DNA of 64,000 bases from an uncultured SAR86 cluster bacterium (GCA_902560315.1 CACELG010000004.1:8038-72037), one strand, 5' to 3'. Shown: positions 1 to 8,482, numbered from the stretch's first letter. Program-made: numbers and translations. The notes: generated by a model not told the origin, from the letters alone.

Positions 1-1259
1 ATTACTAAAATTCCAGGTGTAAATAATCCGGTGAAATTTTGAATATATTGAAATATTTGGTCTGAGTTTCCAAGAATTGGTTTTGCCATTACTAAAGCAA
101 TCAACATTGATCCTACAACTGAACTTCTACCAATTTTAATTAATGAAGATTGGGATATTTCATTTTTAGAAAATGATCTACATATATCCATTGTAAAAAT
201 TGTGCTTATACTATTTGTCATCGATGCTAATGAAGAAACAATTGCTGCAATTAAAGCAGCAAAAGTTAAACCTAATAAACCACTTGGTAATAATTCAATC
301 ATCATAGTTGGGTATGCTTGGTCTGTTTTTTCAAGGACTGGGAAAAGAACAGCTGCACAAATACCTGGAAGAACAATCACCAATGGCATTAGCAGCTTTA
401 AATAAGCTGCAAACATAACGCCTTTTTGAGCTTCTTTGATAGATTTTGCCCCAAGTGCTCTTTGTGTAATGTATTGATTAAATCCCCAATATGCGAAATG
501 ACCTATCCAAACTCCAGCTCCAATTAAAATCCATATTCCAGGAAGATTGTTATAAGAGGGATTATCTGGTGATAAAATCATGTCAAACTTTTCAGGCATC
601 TGTTGATAAACTTCAAGCATTCCATCTCCAATATATCCATTACCAATTTTTGTTAAAGCAATGTATGAAACTGCTAAGCCGCCAAAAATAAGAAGAACTA
701 CTTGAACAATATCTGTCATTGCGACAGCTTTAAGACCGCCCGATAAAGAGTATGCTAATGATAAAGCTGCAAGCAAAATCATTCCGTTTACTAGGGATAA
801 TCCGGTAAGCGTATTAATTGCTATTGATCCCAACCAAAGCACGGCTGTTAAATTAACAAATATATAAACGGTTAGCCAAAAGAAAGATAAAACTAAGCTT
901 ACTCTTTTATCAAATCTTTGCTCTAGAAATTGTGGCATTGTATAAATCTTTTTTTCTAAAAATAAAGGTAAAAAATATTTAGCCATAACAATTAAAGCTA
1001 TCGCAGCAGTTAACTCCCAAACTGCTATTGCCATACCAACAACAAATCCTTGACCTGACATCCCAATAATTTGTTCTGCAGAAATATTAGCAGCAATTAA
1101 TGATGCACCAATTGCCCACCATGGAAGAGATCTTCCTGCTAAAAAATAATCTTCTGCACTTCTTTCTGAACCTGATTTATTTCTCGATACATATGTTGCT
1201 AATGAAATTATCCCAACACAATACAATCCAACGATTATCCAATCTAAAGTATTAAACAT
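1..1259 (-). CDS. Sodium:solute symporter (SSS family, SGLT-like sugar/inositol transporter); 3' end runs off the left edge
   Basis: Not in the ORF track (truncated). Manual translation from ATG at 1259: MFNTLDWIIVGLYCVGIISLATYVSRNKSGSERSAEDYFLAGRSLPWWAIGASLIAANISAEQIIGMSGQG...YTMPQFLEQRF, the classic vSGLT-type N-terminus. AGGGA RBS upstream. Confidence 0.93.
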   Translation of the reverse strand, partial: MFNTLDWIIVGLYCVGIISLATYVSRNKSGSERSAEDYFLAGRSLPWWAIGASLIAANISAEQIIGMSGQGFVVGMAIAVWELTAAIALIVMAKYFLPLFLEKKIYTMPQFLEQRFDKRVSLVLSFFWLTVYIFVNLTAVLWLGSIAINTLTGLSLVNGMILLAALSLAYSLSGGLKAVAMTDIVQVVLLIFGGLAVSYIALTKIGNGYIGDGMLEVYQQMPEKFDMILSPDNPSYNNLPGIWILIGAGVWIGHFAYWGFNQYITQRALGAKSIKEAQKGVMFAAYLKLLMPLVIVLPGICAAVLFPVLEKTDQAYPTMMIELLPSGLLGLTFAALIAAIVSSLASMTNSISTIFTMDICRSFSKNEISQSSLIKIGRSSVVGSMLIALVMAKPILGNSDQIFQYIQNFTGLFTPGILV

Positions 1260-1351
1260 ATATCCCTATGTATTTGAATTTAAGGCATATTGTACCAATT
1301 TATAAATGTTTCTACGTAATAAAATAGTATGGTTTAAAAGAAATTTTAGGC

Positions 1352-1379
1352 AAAAAAAAACAGAGACTTGCTCTGTTTT
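1352..1379 (-). terminator. Intrinsic terminator of the putative sRNA
   Basis: Minus strand AAAACAGAG-CAAGT-CTCTG followed by a 9-T run. Confidence 0.8.
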
Positions 1380-1573
1380 CTTAGTTCGATTCCTCAGGGG
1401 TCTAAAGTGAGATTTTCTTTAGCGCCTTGGATTCTTTCTCTTGAATCCTTGGTGGATCTACAAGCTATTTTTTCTCATCGACTCTTGTAAATGCTTTCAC
1501 CCTTCGGTCTCTTCTTCTGGCTTCTCTCTAGGTCTCCTGTCTGCAGTTAGTCACTAGTCGGTTGCCATCCGTA
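1352..1573 (-). ncRNA. Putative ~220-nt structured, purine-rich small RNA (family unassigned)
   Basis: No ORF. Sigma70 promoter directly upstream. Stems UUUACAAG/CUUGUAGA, GGAUUC/GAAUCC and CUAAAG/CUUUAG with A/G-rich loops. Ends in an intrinsic terminator. The 5' end is estimated from the -10 box. Confidence 0.75.
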
Positions 1574-1579
1574 TTAGTA

Positions 1580-1607
1580 ATATTACTCCTACTAGAAATC
1601 TTGTCAA
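1580..1607 (-). promoter_or_regulatory. Sigma70 promoter of the putative sRNA
   Basis: Minus strand TTGACA-N16-TAATAT with A/T tracts upstream (UP-element-like). Confidence 0.75.
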
Positions 1608-1694
1608 CACTTTTTTGAAAAAAAGTTATAGTTTTTTTTAGGAAATAAAAAATTGGTATTTATTTTTATTTATATGTATAAAATGTATATAAAT

Positions 1695-2837
1695 ATGCAC
1701 ACTTTTTTACCAAGAAATCCTCCTATTAAGAACTACAGGACTAAGAGAGTTTCGTTATTAAAAATAAGTGATATTGCATCTCATCTTCCAAAATTGCTCT
1801 TAACAAATAAGGTTCAAACTACTATCAAAAAATTAAATAAAAATAGTTTATCTGTTGACTATCTTGTAAAAAATAAAAAAGAAAAAGAAATTAAACTTGC
1901 TATGTCTCATTTAAGCTTTATTGCCCATGCGTATATTTGGGGAGGTAATAAACCTGAAAAATTACTTCCTGAAGTTATTGCTAAACCATGGGTAACTTTA
2001 TCTAAGTATCTTGGTAGACCTCCTATTCTAAGTTACGCAAGTTATTGTCTTGATAACTGGTATAAGATTGATAATAAAGAGCCTATATCTCTAGATAATG
2101 TGGCATTAATAAATAACTTTCTTGGAGGTGTTGATGAAGACTGGTTTGTAACAATCCATGTTTGCATTGAAGACGCTGCTAGTGAAGCGATTGATTCAGC
2201 AACCAAGTTATCAAAATTAAGTAAGCAACATAAAATAGAAGATTTTTCAATTTACCTTAAAAAAATATCTAAATCATTAAAAAAAGTTAATCGCATTTTT
2301 TCGAGAATGCCTGAAAAATGTGATCCATATGTTTACTATCACAGGGTAAGACCCTATATATTCGGGACAAAAGATAATCCAGACTTAAAGAAGGGTTTGA
2401 TTTATGAGGGTCAATTTAATAATAAACCACAGTTTTTTAGAGGAGAAACTGGAGCACAGAGCAGCATAATACCATTACTCGATGGAGCTCTTGGAATTTA
2501 TCATACTAATGATAGTTTGAGACATTATTTAAATGAAATGAGAGATTATATGCCTCCCAAACATCGAAAGTTGATTGAAGATGTTGAAAAAAGATCTAAA
2601 GCAAAAGAATTTATTAGTAAATCTAAAAAATTAATGAATGAATATAATCTTTGTTTAGAAGAAATAAGAAAATTTAGAGCTCAACATCTTGAATATGCAG
2701 CATCTTATATTCATAAACAAGCACAAATAAAAAATACTTTTGGTACAGGCGGTTCTACTATAAGAGGGACAGGCGGAACTCCATTTATGAAATATTTAAA
2801 GAAACATAGAGACGAAACTCAAAAACAAAAAGTTTAG
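1695..2837 (+). CDS. Indoleamine 2,3-dioxygenase (IDO) family heme dioxygenase
   Basis: Motifs ILSYASYCLDNW, DEDWFVTIHVCIE, GETGAQSS, FRAQH (proximal His), GTGGTPFMKYL. Start moved from TTG 1653 to ATG 1695 (MHTFLP matches the IDO N-terminal FLP motif). Confidence 0.9.
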   Translation: MHTFLPRNPPIKNYRTKRVSLLKISDIASHLPKLLLTNKVQTTIKKLNKNSLSVDYLVKNKKEKEIKLAMSHLSFIAHAYIWGGNKPEKLLPEVIAKPWVTLSKYLGRPPILSYASYCLDNWYKIDNKEPISLDNVALINNFLGGVDEDWFVTIHVCIEDAASEAIDSATKLSKLSKQHKIEDFSIYLKKISKSLKKVNRIFSRMPEKCDPYVYYHRVRPYIFGTKDNPDLKKGLIYEGQFNNKPQFFRGETGAQSSIIPLLDGALGIYHTNDSLRHYLNEMRDYMPPKHRKLIEDVEKRSKAKEFISKSKKLMNEYNLCLEEIRKFRAQHLEYAASYIHKQAQIKNTFGTGGSTIRGTGGTPFMKYLKKHRDETQKQKV

Positions 2838-3121
2838 ACTCCTTCTACTACAGTAAAAATTCTATTAGCTGAATCCTCGACATGTTTGAGAGCTGATTGA
2901 TATTCTTCTGAGTTATAACAATCTATTGCGTGTTGATATGAATCAAATTCAACAATAACAGTTCTTTTATATCCCTTTATCTCATATTCTGTTTGCTTAC
3001 CGCCTCTTGCAAGGAAAGTTCCAGAATTCTTTTTAACTATTTCTGAAGCTTTTTCGACGTATTTATAATATTCATCCTGATTATGAATATTTGCTCTTAC
3101 AACCCAGTAACCTTTTGGCAT
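2834..3121 (-). CDS. DUF1330 family protein
   Basis: KGYWV...Y..Y...A...V....G.FLARGG...E......RTVIVEFDS...A..CYNSEEYQ pattern. Confidence 0.85.
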   Translation of the reverse strand: MPKGYWVVRANIHNQDEYYKYVEKASEIVKKNSGTFLARGGKQTEYEIKGYKRTVIVEFDSYQHAIDCYNSEEYQSALKHVEDSANRIFTVVEGV

Positions 3122-3122
3122 A

Positions 3123-5315
3123 TTATTTTCTTCTAAGTCTCATCTCATGAAGAATTGGTTCAGTGTATCCACTGGGTTGATATTTTCCTTTAATAGCAAG
3201 TTCGCATGCAGCTTTAAAAGCTATTCCGTCATATGAAGGAGCCATTTTTTTATAATTAACATCATTTTTGTTTTGCTGATCAACCTTTTTTGCCATTTTT
3301 TTCATAGTCTCAACAACTTCAACTTCTGAACATAATCCGTGATGAAGCCAATTTGAAATATGTTGACTAGATATTCTACATGTAGCTCTGTCCTCCATTA
3401 GGCCAACATCATTAATGTCAGGAACCTTTGAACAGCCTATTCCTTGATCTACCCACCTAACAACGTATCCCAATATACCTTGTGCATTGTTTTCTAATTC
3501 AGCAGTTATTTCCTCTTGTGATGGCATCTTATCTTTTTTCAAAAAAGGTATATTAAGAAGATCATCCAACTTAGCTTTATCTCTATTGATGATTTTATCT
3601 TGTTGATCTTGAACAGATATCTGATGGTAATGCATTGCATGAATTGTTGCTGCTGTTGGAGAAGGTACCCATGCACAATTAGCTCCTGCTTCAGGATGCA
3701 TTGTTTTAGTTTTATACATATCTAACATTTCATCTGGCATTGGCCACATTCCTTTGCCTATTTGAGCATTTCCTTTAAATCCAGTTTCTAGGCCTATATC
3801 AACATTCCAATTCTCATATGCATTTATCCATTTTTGATTTTTCATATCTGCCTTTGTAACCATTGGGCCTGCTTCCATACTAGTGTGAATTTCGTCCCCT
3901 GTTCTATCAAGAAAGCCAGTGTTAATGAAAATTACTCTGTGTTTAGCAACCTCTATACATTCTTTGAGATTTACAGTTGTTCGTCTCTCTTCATCCATAA
4001 TACCCAATTTGACTGTATTTTCAGGTAGATTAAATATCTTTTCTATTTCAGAAAAAAGATCACAAGTAAATTGAACTTCATCTGGGCCATGCATTTTAGG
4101 TTTTACAATATATATGCTCTTTGTTTTAGAATTTTTGTATATGCCATTACCAATAATGTCATGTATTGATATGCATATTGTAAAAAATGCATCCATTATC
4201 CCTTCTGGAACTTCATTTCCTTTTTCATCTTTAACAGCCGGGTTAGTCATTAAATGGCCAACATTTCTAACTAACATTAGACTTCTTCCTGGAAGAAGTA
4301 TCATCTTTCCATTCTTCAGTAAATATTTTCTATCGGGATTTAATTCTCTAGTTATAAATTTGCCGCCCTTATCAAATGATCTCTTTAAATTGCTTTTCAT
4401 CAGACCTAACCAATTTCTATAAACAATAATCTTATCTTCTGCATCTACTGCAGCTACTGAATCTTCACAATCTTGTATTGTTGTTATTGCAGACTCCATT
4501 AAGATATCTTTTATGCCTGCTAAATCCTCTTGACCAATAGGACTTGATCTATCAATTTGTATTTCAAAATGTAGATTATTGTTTTTAAATAATAAGCCAT
4601 ATGCTCCTTCTCCCTTGTCCTTATAGCCTACATACTGATCTTTATTTTTCAAATTCACACTTGAGCCATCTTTTAAAGTTATGAGTAATTCACTGTCTAT
4701 AAATTCAAATTTAATAGCATCGTTATATGTGCCTTCTTCCATCGGAATTATTTCATCTAGAAATTTTTTAGCGAAAGCAATAACCTTTTCACCTCTTACT
4801 GGGTTATAGCCCCCCTCCCTTTTTGCTCCATCTTCCTCATCAATAATATTTGTACCATACAAAGCATCATATAAACTGCCCCATCGTGCATTTGCAGCAT
4901 TTAATGCAAATCTTGCATTCATTACAGGTACAACCAGCTGAGGACCTGCAATTTTTCTAATTTCTGGATCTACATTAAATGTTTTAATAGTAAAATCACC
5001 GCTTCTTTGATGAAGATATCCAATGTCATTTAAAAACTTCTTGTACTCTCCTAAATTAAATTCTAAATTCCTATTTTTAATATGCCATTCACTTATCTGA
5101 TCTTGTAATTCCTTTCTTTTATCAAGTAACTCTTTATTTCTATCTGAAAATTTATTTAATAAATTTTCGAATGAGCTCCAAAAATAATGAGGTGATATAT
5201 CCAAGCCTGGTAAGATTTCGTCCTTAACAAAGTCTTGTAAACTTGAAGAAATTTTTAAACTAATATCATTTGGTGAATGTTTATTGGAATTAAATAATTT
5301 TGAAAGAAATTTCAT
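3123..5315 (-). CDS. glcB: Malate synthase G
   Basis: IAGPQLVVPVMNARFALNAANARWGSLYDALYGT, IYIVKPKMHGP, MDEERRT, NTGFLDRTGDE, LMEDRATCRISSQH; 730 aa. Confidence 0.97.
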   Translation of the reverse strand: MKFLSKLFNSNKHSPNDISLKISSSLQDFVKDEILPGLDISPHYFWSSFENLLNKFSDRNKELLDKRKELQDQISEWHIKNRNLEFNLGEYKKFLNDIGYLHQRSGDFTIKTFNVDPEIRKIAGPQLVVPVMNARFALNAANARWGSLYDALYGTNIIDEEDGAKREGGYNPVRGEKVIAFAKKFLDEIIPMEEGTYNDAIKFEFIDSELLITLKDGSSVNLKNKDQYVGYKDKGEGAYGLLFKNNNLHFEIQIDRSSPIGQEDLAGIKDILMESAITTIQDCEDSVAAVDAEDKIIVYRNWLGLMKSNLKRSFDKGGKFITRELNPDRKYLLKNGKMILLPGRSLMLVRNVGHLMTNPAVKDEKGNEVPEGIMDAFFTICISIHDIIGNGIYKNSKTKSIYIVKPKMHGPDEVQFTCDLFSEIEKIFNLPENTVKLGIMDEERRTTVNLKECIEVAKHRVIFINTGFLDRTGDEIHTSMEAGPMVTKADMKNQKWINAYENWNVDIGLETGFKGNAQIGKGMWPMPDEMLDMYKTKTMHPEAGANCAWVPSPTAATIHAMHYHQISVQDQQDKIINRDKAKLDDLLNIPFLKKDKMPSQEEITAELENNAQGILGYVVRWVDQGIGCSKVPDINDVGLMEDRATCRISSQHISNWLHHGLCSEVEVVETMKKMAKKVDQQNKNDVNYKKMAPSYDGIAFKAACELAIKGKYQPSGYTEPILHEMRLRRK

Positions 5316-5343
5316 TGCTAAATTATAACAATTATTGAATGTT

Positions 5344-6474
5344 TCATACGTCTATAATTTTTGATATATCATATGACCAAATATTTTTAGTTCGATTAAA
5401 AATTACATTCGTATATTTCATAAGCATATTCCTGATAAATATTAGCAAAGGATTGCTTAAATGATTTAGTTTTGCTTGGTTTAACGACTGCTTACTTATT
5501 GATTTTATTCTCTTTATCCTAACTTGTTGGTATTTGTTTTGAGCTTGATTAAAGTTATTTTTGTATTTTTTTAATAAATTGCCAAAAATGAATGCGTCCT
5601 CTAATGCTAAACAACCACCTTGTCCTAAAAATGGCACAATTGGATGTGCTGAGTCCCCAATGAAGGTAATATTATTATTAAATAAACTTTTTATTTTAGG
5701 TCTAATATAAACACCCCATTTATATATCTCATTTGAATCTTTTATAGTTGGATACATGTCTATTATCGAAGATGGTATTGTAGAAAATAAATCTTTAAGA
5801 CTACCTTTCTCTTTCCACGATTCATTAAAGCTATTTTTATCTTTGATAGCTGCTATTAAACTTATTTTATTTTTATCTATTGGATAACTCACAATATGGA
5901 AATTAGATCCTAAATGAAAATTTATTTTATTCTGATGAGATGGCATTATTGTTCTCCAAACAGAATATCCACTATATTCAGGTTTAATATTTGATATAGA
6001 TAATTTTTTTTTGCATATAGACCTTATGCCATCACATGCAGCAATATGATTAACATTCCAATTTGTTTTATTAGAAAAATAAATAGTTTTATTTGTTAGA
6101 TCGAGATCAACTAATTCATGGTTAAAAAGAATTTCTCCGTCTAATGCTAAATAATTTTCTAATAAAACACTATGAAGATTTTTTCTTGAACTTGTAACCA
6201 CATTGGTTGAAGTTTCAGTAATTATCTTATTATTTGAATGGAAAACTGCATATCCTGGTTGAGCTGATACCTGTTTAAATCTTTTATCTAAATCCAATTT
6301 TTCTAAAACTTTAAGTCCATTAGGAGATATTGAAATTCCTGCTCCATACTCACTAATTTTTTTAGATTTTTCAAAAATTATACAAGGAATATTATTTTTT
6401 TTTAAAATATTGCCCAATGCAAGACCGCCAATTCCTGCTCCAATAATGCTTATATGATTTGAATAATCTTTCAT
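5344..6474 (-). CDS. FAD-dependent monooxygenase (group A flavoprotein, salicylate/3-hydroxybenzoate hydroxylase-like)
   Basis: GAGIGG, GAGISISPNG, ACDGIRS, GDSAHPIVPFLGQGGCLALEDA. Start set at the ATG of MKDYS. Confidence 0.85.
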   Translation of the reverse strand: MKDYSNHISIIGAGIGGLALGNILKKNNIPCIIFEKSKKISEYGAGISISPNGLKVLEKLDLDKRFKQVSAQPGYAVFHSNNKIITETSTNVVTSSRKNLHSVLLENYLALDGEILFNHELVDLDLTNKTIYFSNKTNWNVNHIAACDGIRSICKKKLSISNIKPEYSGYSVWRTIMPSHQNKINFHLGSNFHIVSYPIDKNKISLIAAIKDKNSFNESWKEKGSLKDLFSTIPSSIIDMYPTIKDSNEIYKWGVYIRPKIKSLFNNNITFIGDSAHPIVPFLGQGGCLALEDAFIFGNLLKKYKNNFNQAQNKYQQVRIKRIKSISKQSLNQAKLNHLSNPLLIFIRNMLMKYTNVIFNRTKNIWSYDISKIIDV

Positions 6475-6496
6475 ATAATTATTATGCCTTATATAT

Positions 6497-6522
6497 AAAA
6501 AAGGAGGCATAAAGCCTCCTTT
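6497..6522 (-). terminator. Intrinsic terminator after the 6545-7309 gene
   Basis: AAAGGAGGC-N5-GCCTCCTTT with a T run on the minus strand. Confidence 0.75.
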
Positions 6523-6544
6523 AAATTTATTATAAGATTGTTAT

Positions 6545-7309
6545 TTAACTTGGTGATCTCATTGACATTCCAAAGTATGATCTTGCATTAGTGCATGAAA
6601 AACCTTTTAAATTTGCTGAAGCTTCAGAGTCAGCAAGTTTATCTTGATATAATTTTTGGCTTGTTCCTCTCTCTGAGATAGATGACATATACATCAATCT
6701 TATGAAATCAACCCCATCTGGTAATACATATCCAGCAGCTGGCACAATCATTTTTCTGCCGACAGTATCGCCTTGTGTTTTAGCAAAAATAGCAAAATCT
6801 TTGTATAAATCATATACCTGTCGCATGTCATATCCATCCTCTAAAGAACAATCAGCATAAGTAGCATACATCATATTTCCAGCGTCCATTGATGCAGGTA
6901 ATGATATAGCCCATTGCCATGTATCTACCTGTCTGCTATTTGTAACAGGCAATGATTCAAGAAGTTTTGGACCTCCGCCTGTAATCCAAGTTTCCATACC
7001 TTGAAATTGAGCTACTGGGGTTGGCCATGTGCTAACCCACATAACATCAGCGCTACTCATATCAGAATGAAAATATGGTTGAAGTAATGCAACTGTCATC
7101 GAGTCATAAGTTTCACCTTGACCATCTGCCCATTTTGCAAATTTTCCATACCAGGCTGCTAAGTCATTAATATCTTTATTATCGTTAAAATTGCCTATGT
7201 AGTATTCAGCCTTGTTCCAATCTGGTTCATATTTATATTCTGGTGTTTCGTGATCATCTGCTATAGCTATAAAACTAAACATCAGAGCTAAACTTAAAAA
7301 GTATTTCAT
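6545..7309 (-). CDS. Secreted hypothetical protein with two internally similar alpha/beta (NIPSNAP/ABM-like) domains
   Basis: Signal peptide MKYFLSLALMFSFIAIA. The two halves share an EYY/YAD-C...D(V/F).W/R pattern. Resembles 21431-22315. Confidence 0.6.
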   Translation of the reverse strand: MKYFLSLALMFSFIAIADDHETPEYKYEPDWNKAEYYIGNFNDNKDINDLAAWYGKFAKWADGQGETYDSMTVALLQPYFHSDMSSADVMWVSTWPTPVAQFQGMETWITGGGPKLLESLPVTNSRQVDTWQWAISLPASMDAGNMMYATYADCSLEDGYDMRQVYDLYKDFAIFAKTQGDTVGRKMIVPAAGYVLPDGVDFIRLMYMSSISERGTSQKLYQDKLADSEASANLKGFSCTNARSYFGMSMRSPS

Positions 7310-7390
7310 ATATATCTCCCTTGTTATTTGATTAATTAATATAACATTATAAATGTATAAATAAATTACATTAATGTATATTTTTTATAG

Positions 7391-8338
7391 TTAATTTATT
7401 AAGCCGTAAAGATCGTATTGTGATACAAAATTCCATATTTCATTAGAAGCACTTACGTTATATTCTGCTGTGGAGGGCCAAGTATGTCCCATCGTTGGAT
7501 GAAGAATTAGTTTTACATTTACGTTGTTTAAACAATTTATATAAGTATCGTAAAGAATTAAATCAAAATCATTTGAGTATTTAATTAGTCTGTCTGGATC
7601 TGAGCCGCAAGAATTATAATTTACCCAATAATCTATAACATCAGGAATGCTTTTAGAGCCTGCATTACCATCATATGGAACAACGTAATCAAGCAGACCA
7701 TGAATCTGTAATACTGGTGTAGGATGAGAAGGAGAGCAATCATCATAAGTTCCAAAGGTCATGGAACCTGTTACAGATGCAATTGCAGCAAATTTCTCTC
7801 CAAGATTACAAGCTAAGTGATAGCTCATATATCCACCATTAGACATTCCAGATGAATATATTCTAGTTTCATCAATCATAATTTTATTTTTGGTAAAATT
7901 AATTAATGTATCAATAAATTCTATATCTTTGACTGTACTTTTTGATGTCCAACCACCAACATTCCAATGTGAAGATAATGTGTCTGTTGTTGCCCCTTGA
8001 GGATAAATAATCACTAAATTATTAGAATCAGCAATTGGTATATAGTTTGTATAACTGAAGTGTCTATATGCAGAAGAACCATAACCATGAAGAGCAAATA
8101 ATACTGGAATACTAGAATTGTTATCTAAATTTTCAGGTATATAGATATAGTAGTGTCTATCGAGGTTATCATGTTTTAAGTCACACTTTTGAAGATTTTC
8201 AATTGAAGTATTTTCACAACTTTCATTATTAGTATTTGTATCTGGTGGGCTTACAGATTGATTATCAGAATTTGAGGATCCACCTCCACCGCATGAAGAT
8301 ATGAGAAATAACAATAAAAATTTTGTTGTAGACTTCAT
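7391..8338 (-). CDS. Lipoprotein esterase, PHB depolymerase/LpqC-like alpha/beta hydrolase
   Basis: Lipobox LISSC-GGGG, LHGYG oxyanion motif, YPQG, GMSNGG nucleophile elbow, IHGLLDYVVPY, GHTWP. Confidence 0.85.
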   Translation of the reverse strand: MKSTTKFLLLFLISSCGGGGSSNSDNQSVSPPDTNTNNESCENTSIENLQKCDLKHDNLDRHYYIYIPENLDNNSSIPVLFALHGYGSSAYRHFSYTNYIPIADSNNLVIIYPQGATTDTLSSHWNVGGWTSKSTVKDIEFIDTLINFTKNKIMIDETRIYSSGMSNGGYMSYHLACNLGEKFAAIASVTGSMTFGTYDDCSPSHPTPVLQIHGLLDYVVPYDGNAGSKSIPDVIDYWVNYNSCGSDPDRLIKYSNDFDLILYDTYINCLNNVNVKLILHPTMGHTWPSTAEYNVSASNEIWNFVSQYDLYGLIN

Positions 8339-8348
8339 CTTTGTATGT

Positions 8349-8424
8349 TGGTGCGGTACGCCGGTCTCGAACCGGCGGCCTTCTGCTTGGCAAGCAGACG
8401 CTCTACCAACTGAGCTAGTACCGC
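8349..8424 (-). tRNA. tRNA-Gly(GCC), 76 nt, encoded CCA, discriminator A73
   Basis: Cloverleaf: acceptor GCGGTAC/GTACCGC, D arm GCTC/GAGC, anticodon arm TCTGC-TTGCCAA-GCAGA, T arm GCCGG-TTCGAGA-CCGGC. Confidence 0.95.
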
Positions 8425-8435
8425 ATTGGTGAGTT

Positions 8436-8464
8436 AATATACTCCTTTAAACATCTGCTTTCAA
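8436..8464 (-). promoter_or_regulatory. Sigma70 promoter of tRNA-Gly
   Basis: Minus strand TTGAAA-N17-TATATT, 11 nt before the tRNA 5' end. Confidence 0.75.
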
Positions 8465-8482
8465 CAGTGTAAATATTGAATT

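Noticed and set aside
202-691. Plus-strand ORFs 202-405 and 491-691
   Set aside because: Antisense shadows of the Na+/solute symporter, which is missing from the ORF track only because it is truncated.
1352-1573. sRNA as a riboswitch leader of the symporter, or as a classical CsrB
   Set aside because: No aptamer I recognise, no evident antiterminator, and ~90 nt remain for a separate symporter promoter. Only four GGA motifs occur, one inside a stem, so CsrB is not favoured, though not excluded.
5344-6474. FAD monooxygenase as the kynurenine 3-monooxygenase partner of IDO
   Set aside because: It lacks the KMO SINLALS.RG motif and has the salicylate-hydroxylase-type GAGISISPNG; it is also on the opposite strand and separated by glcB.
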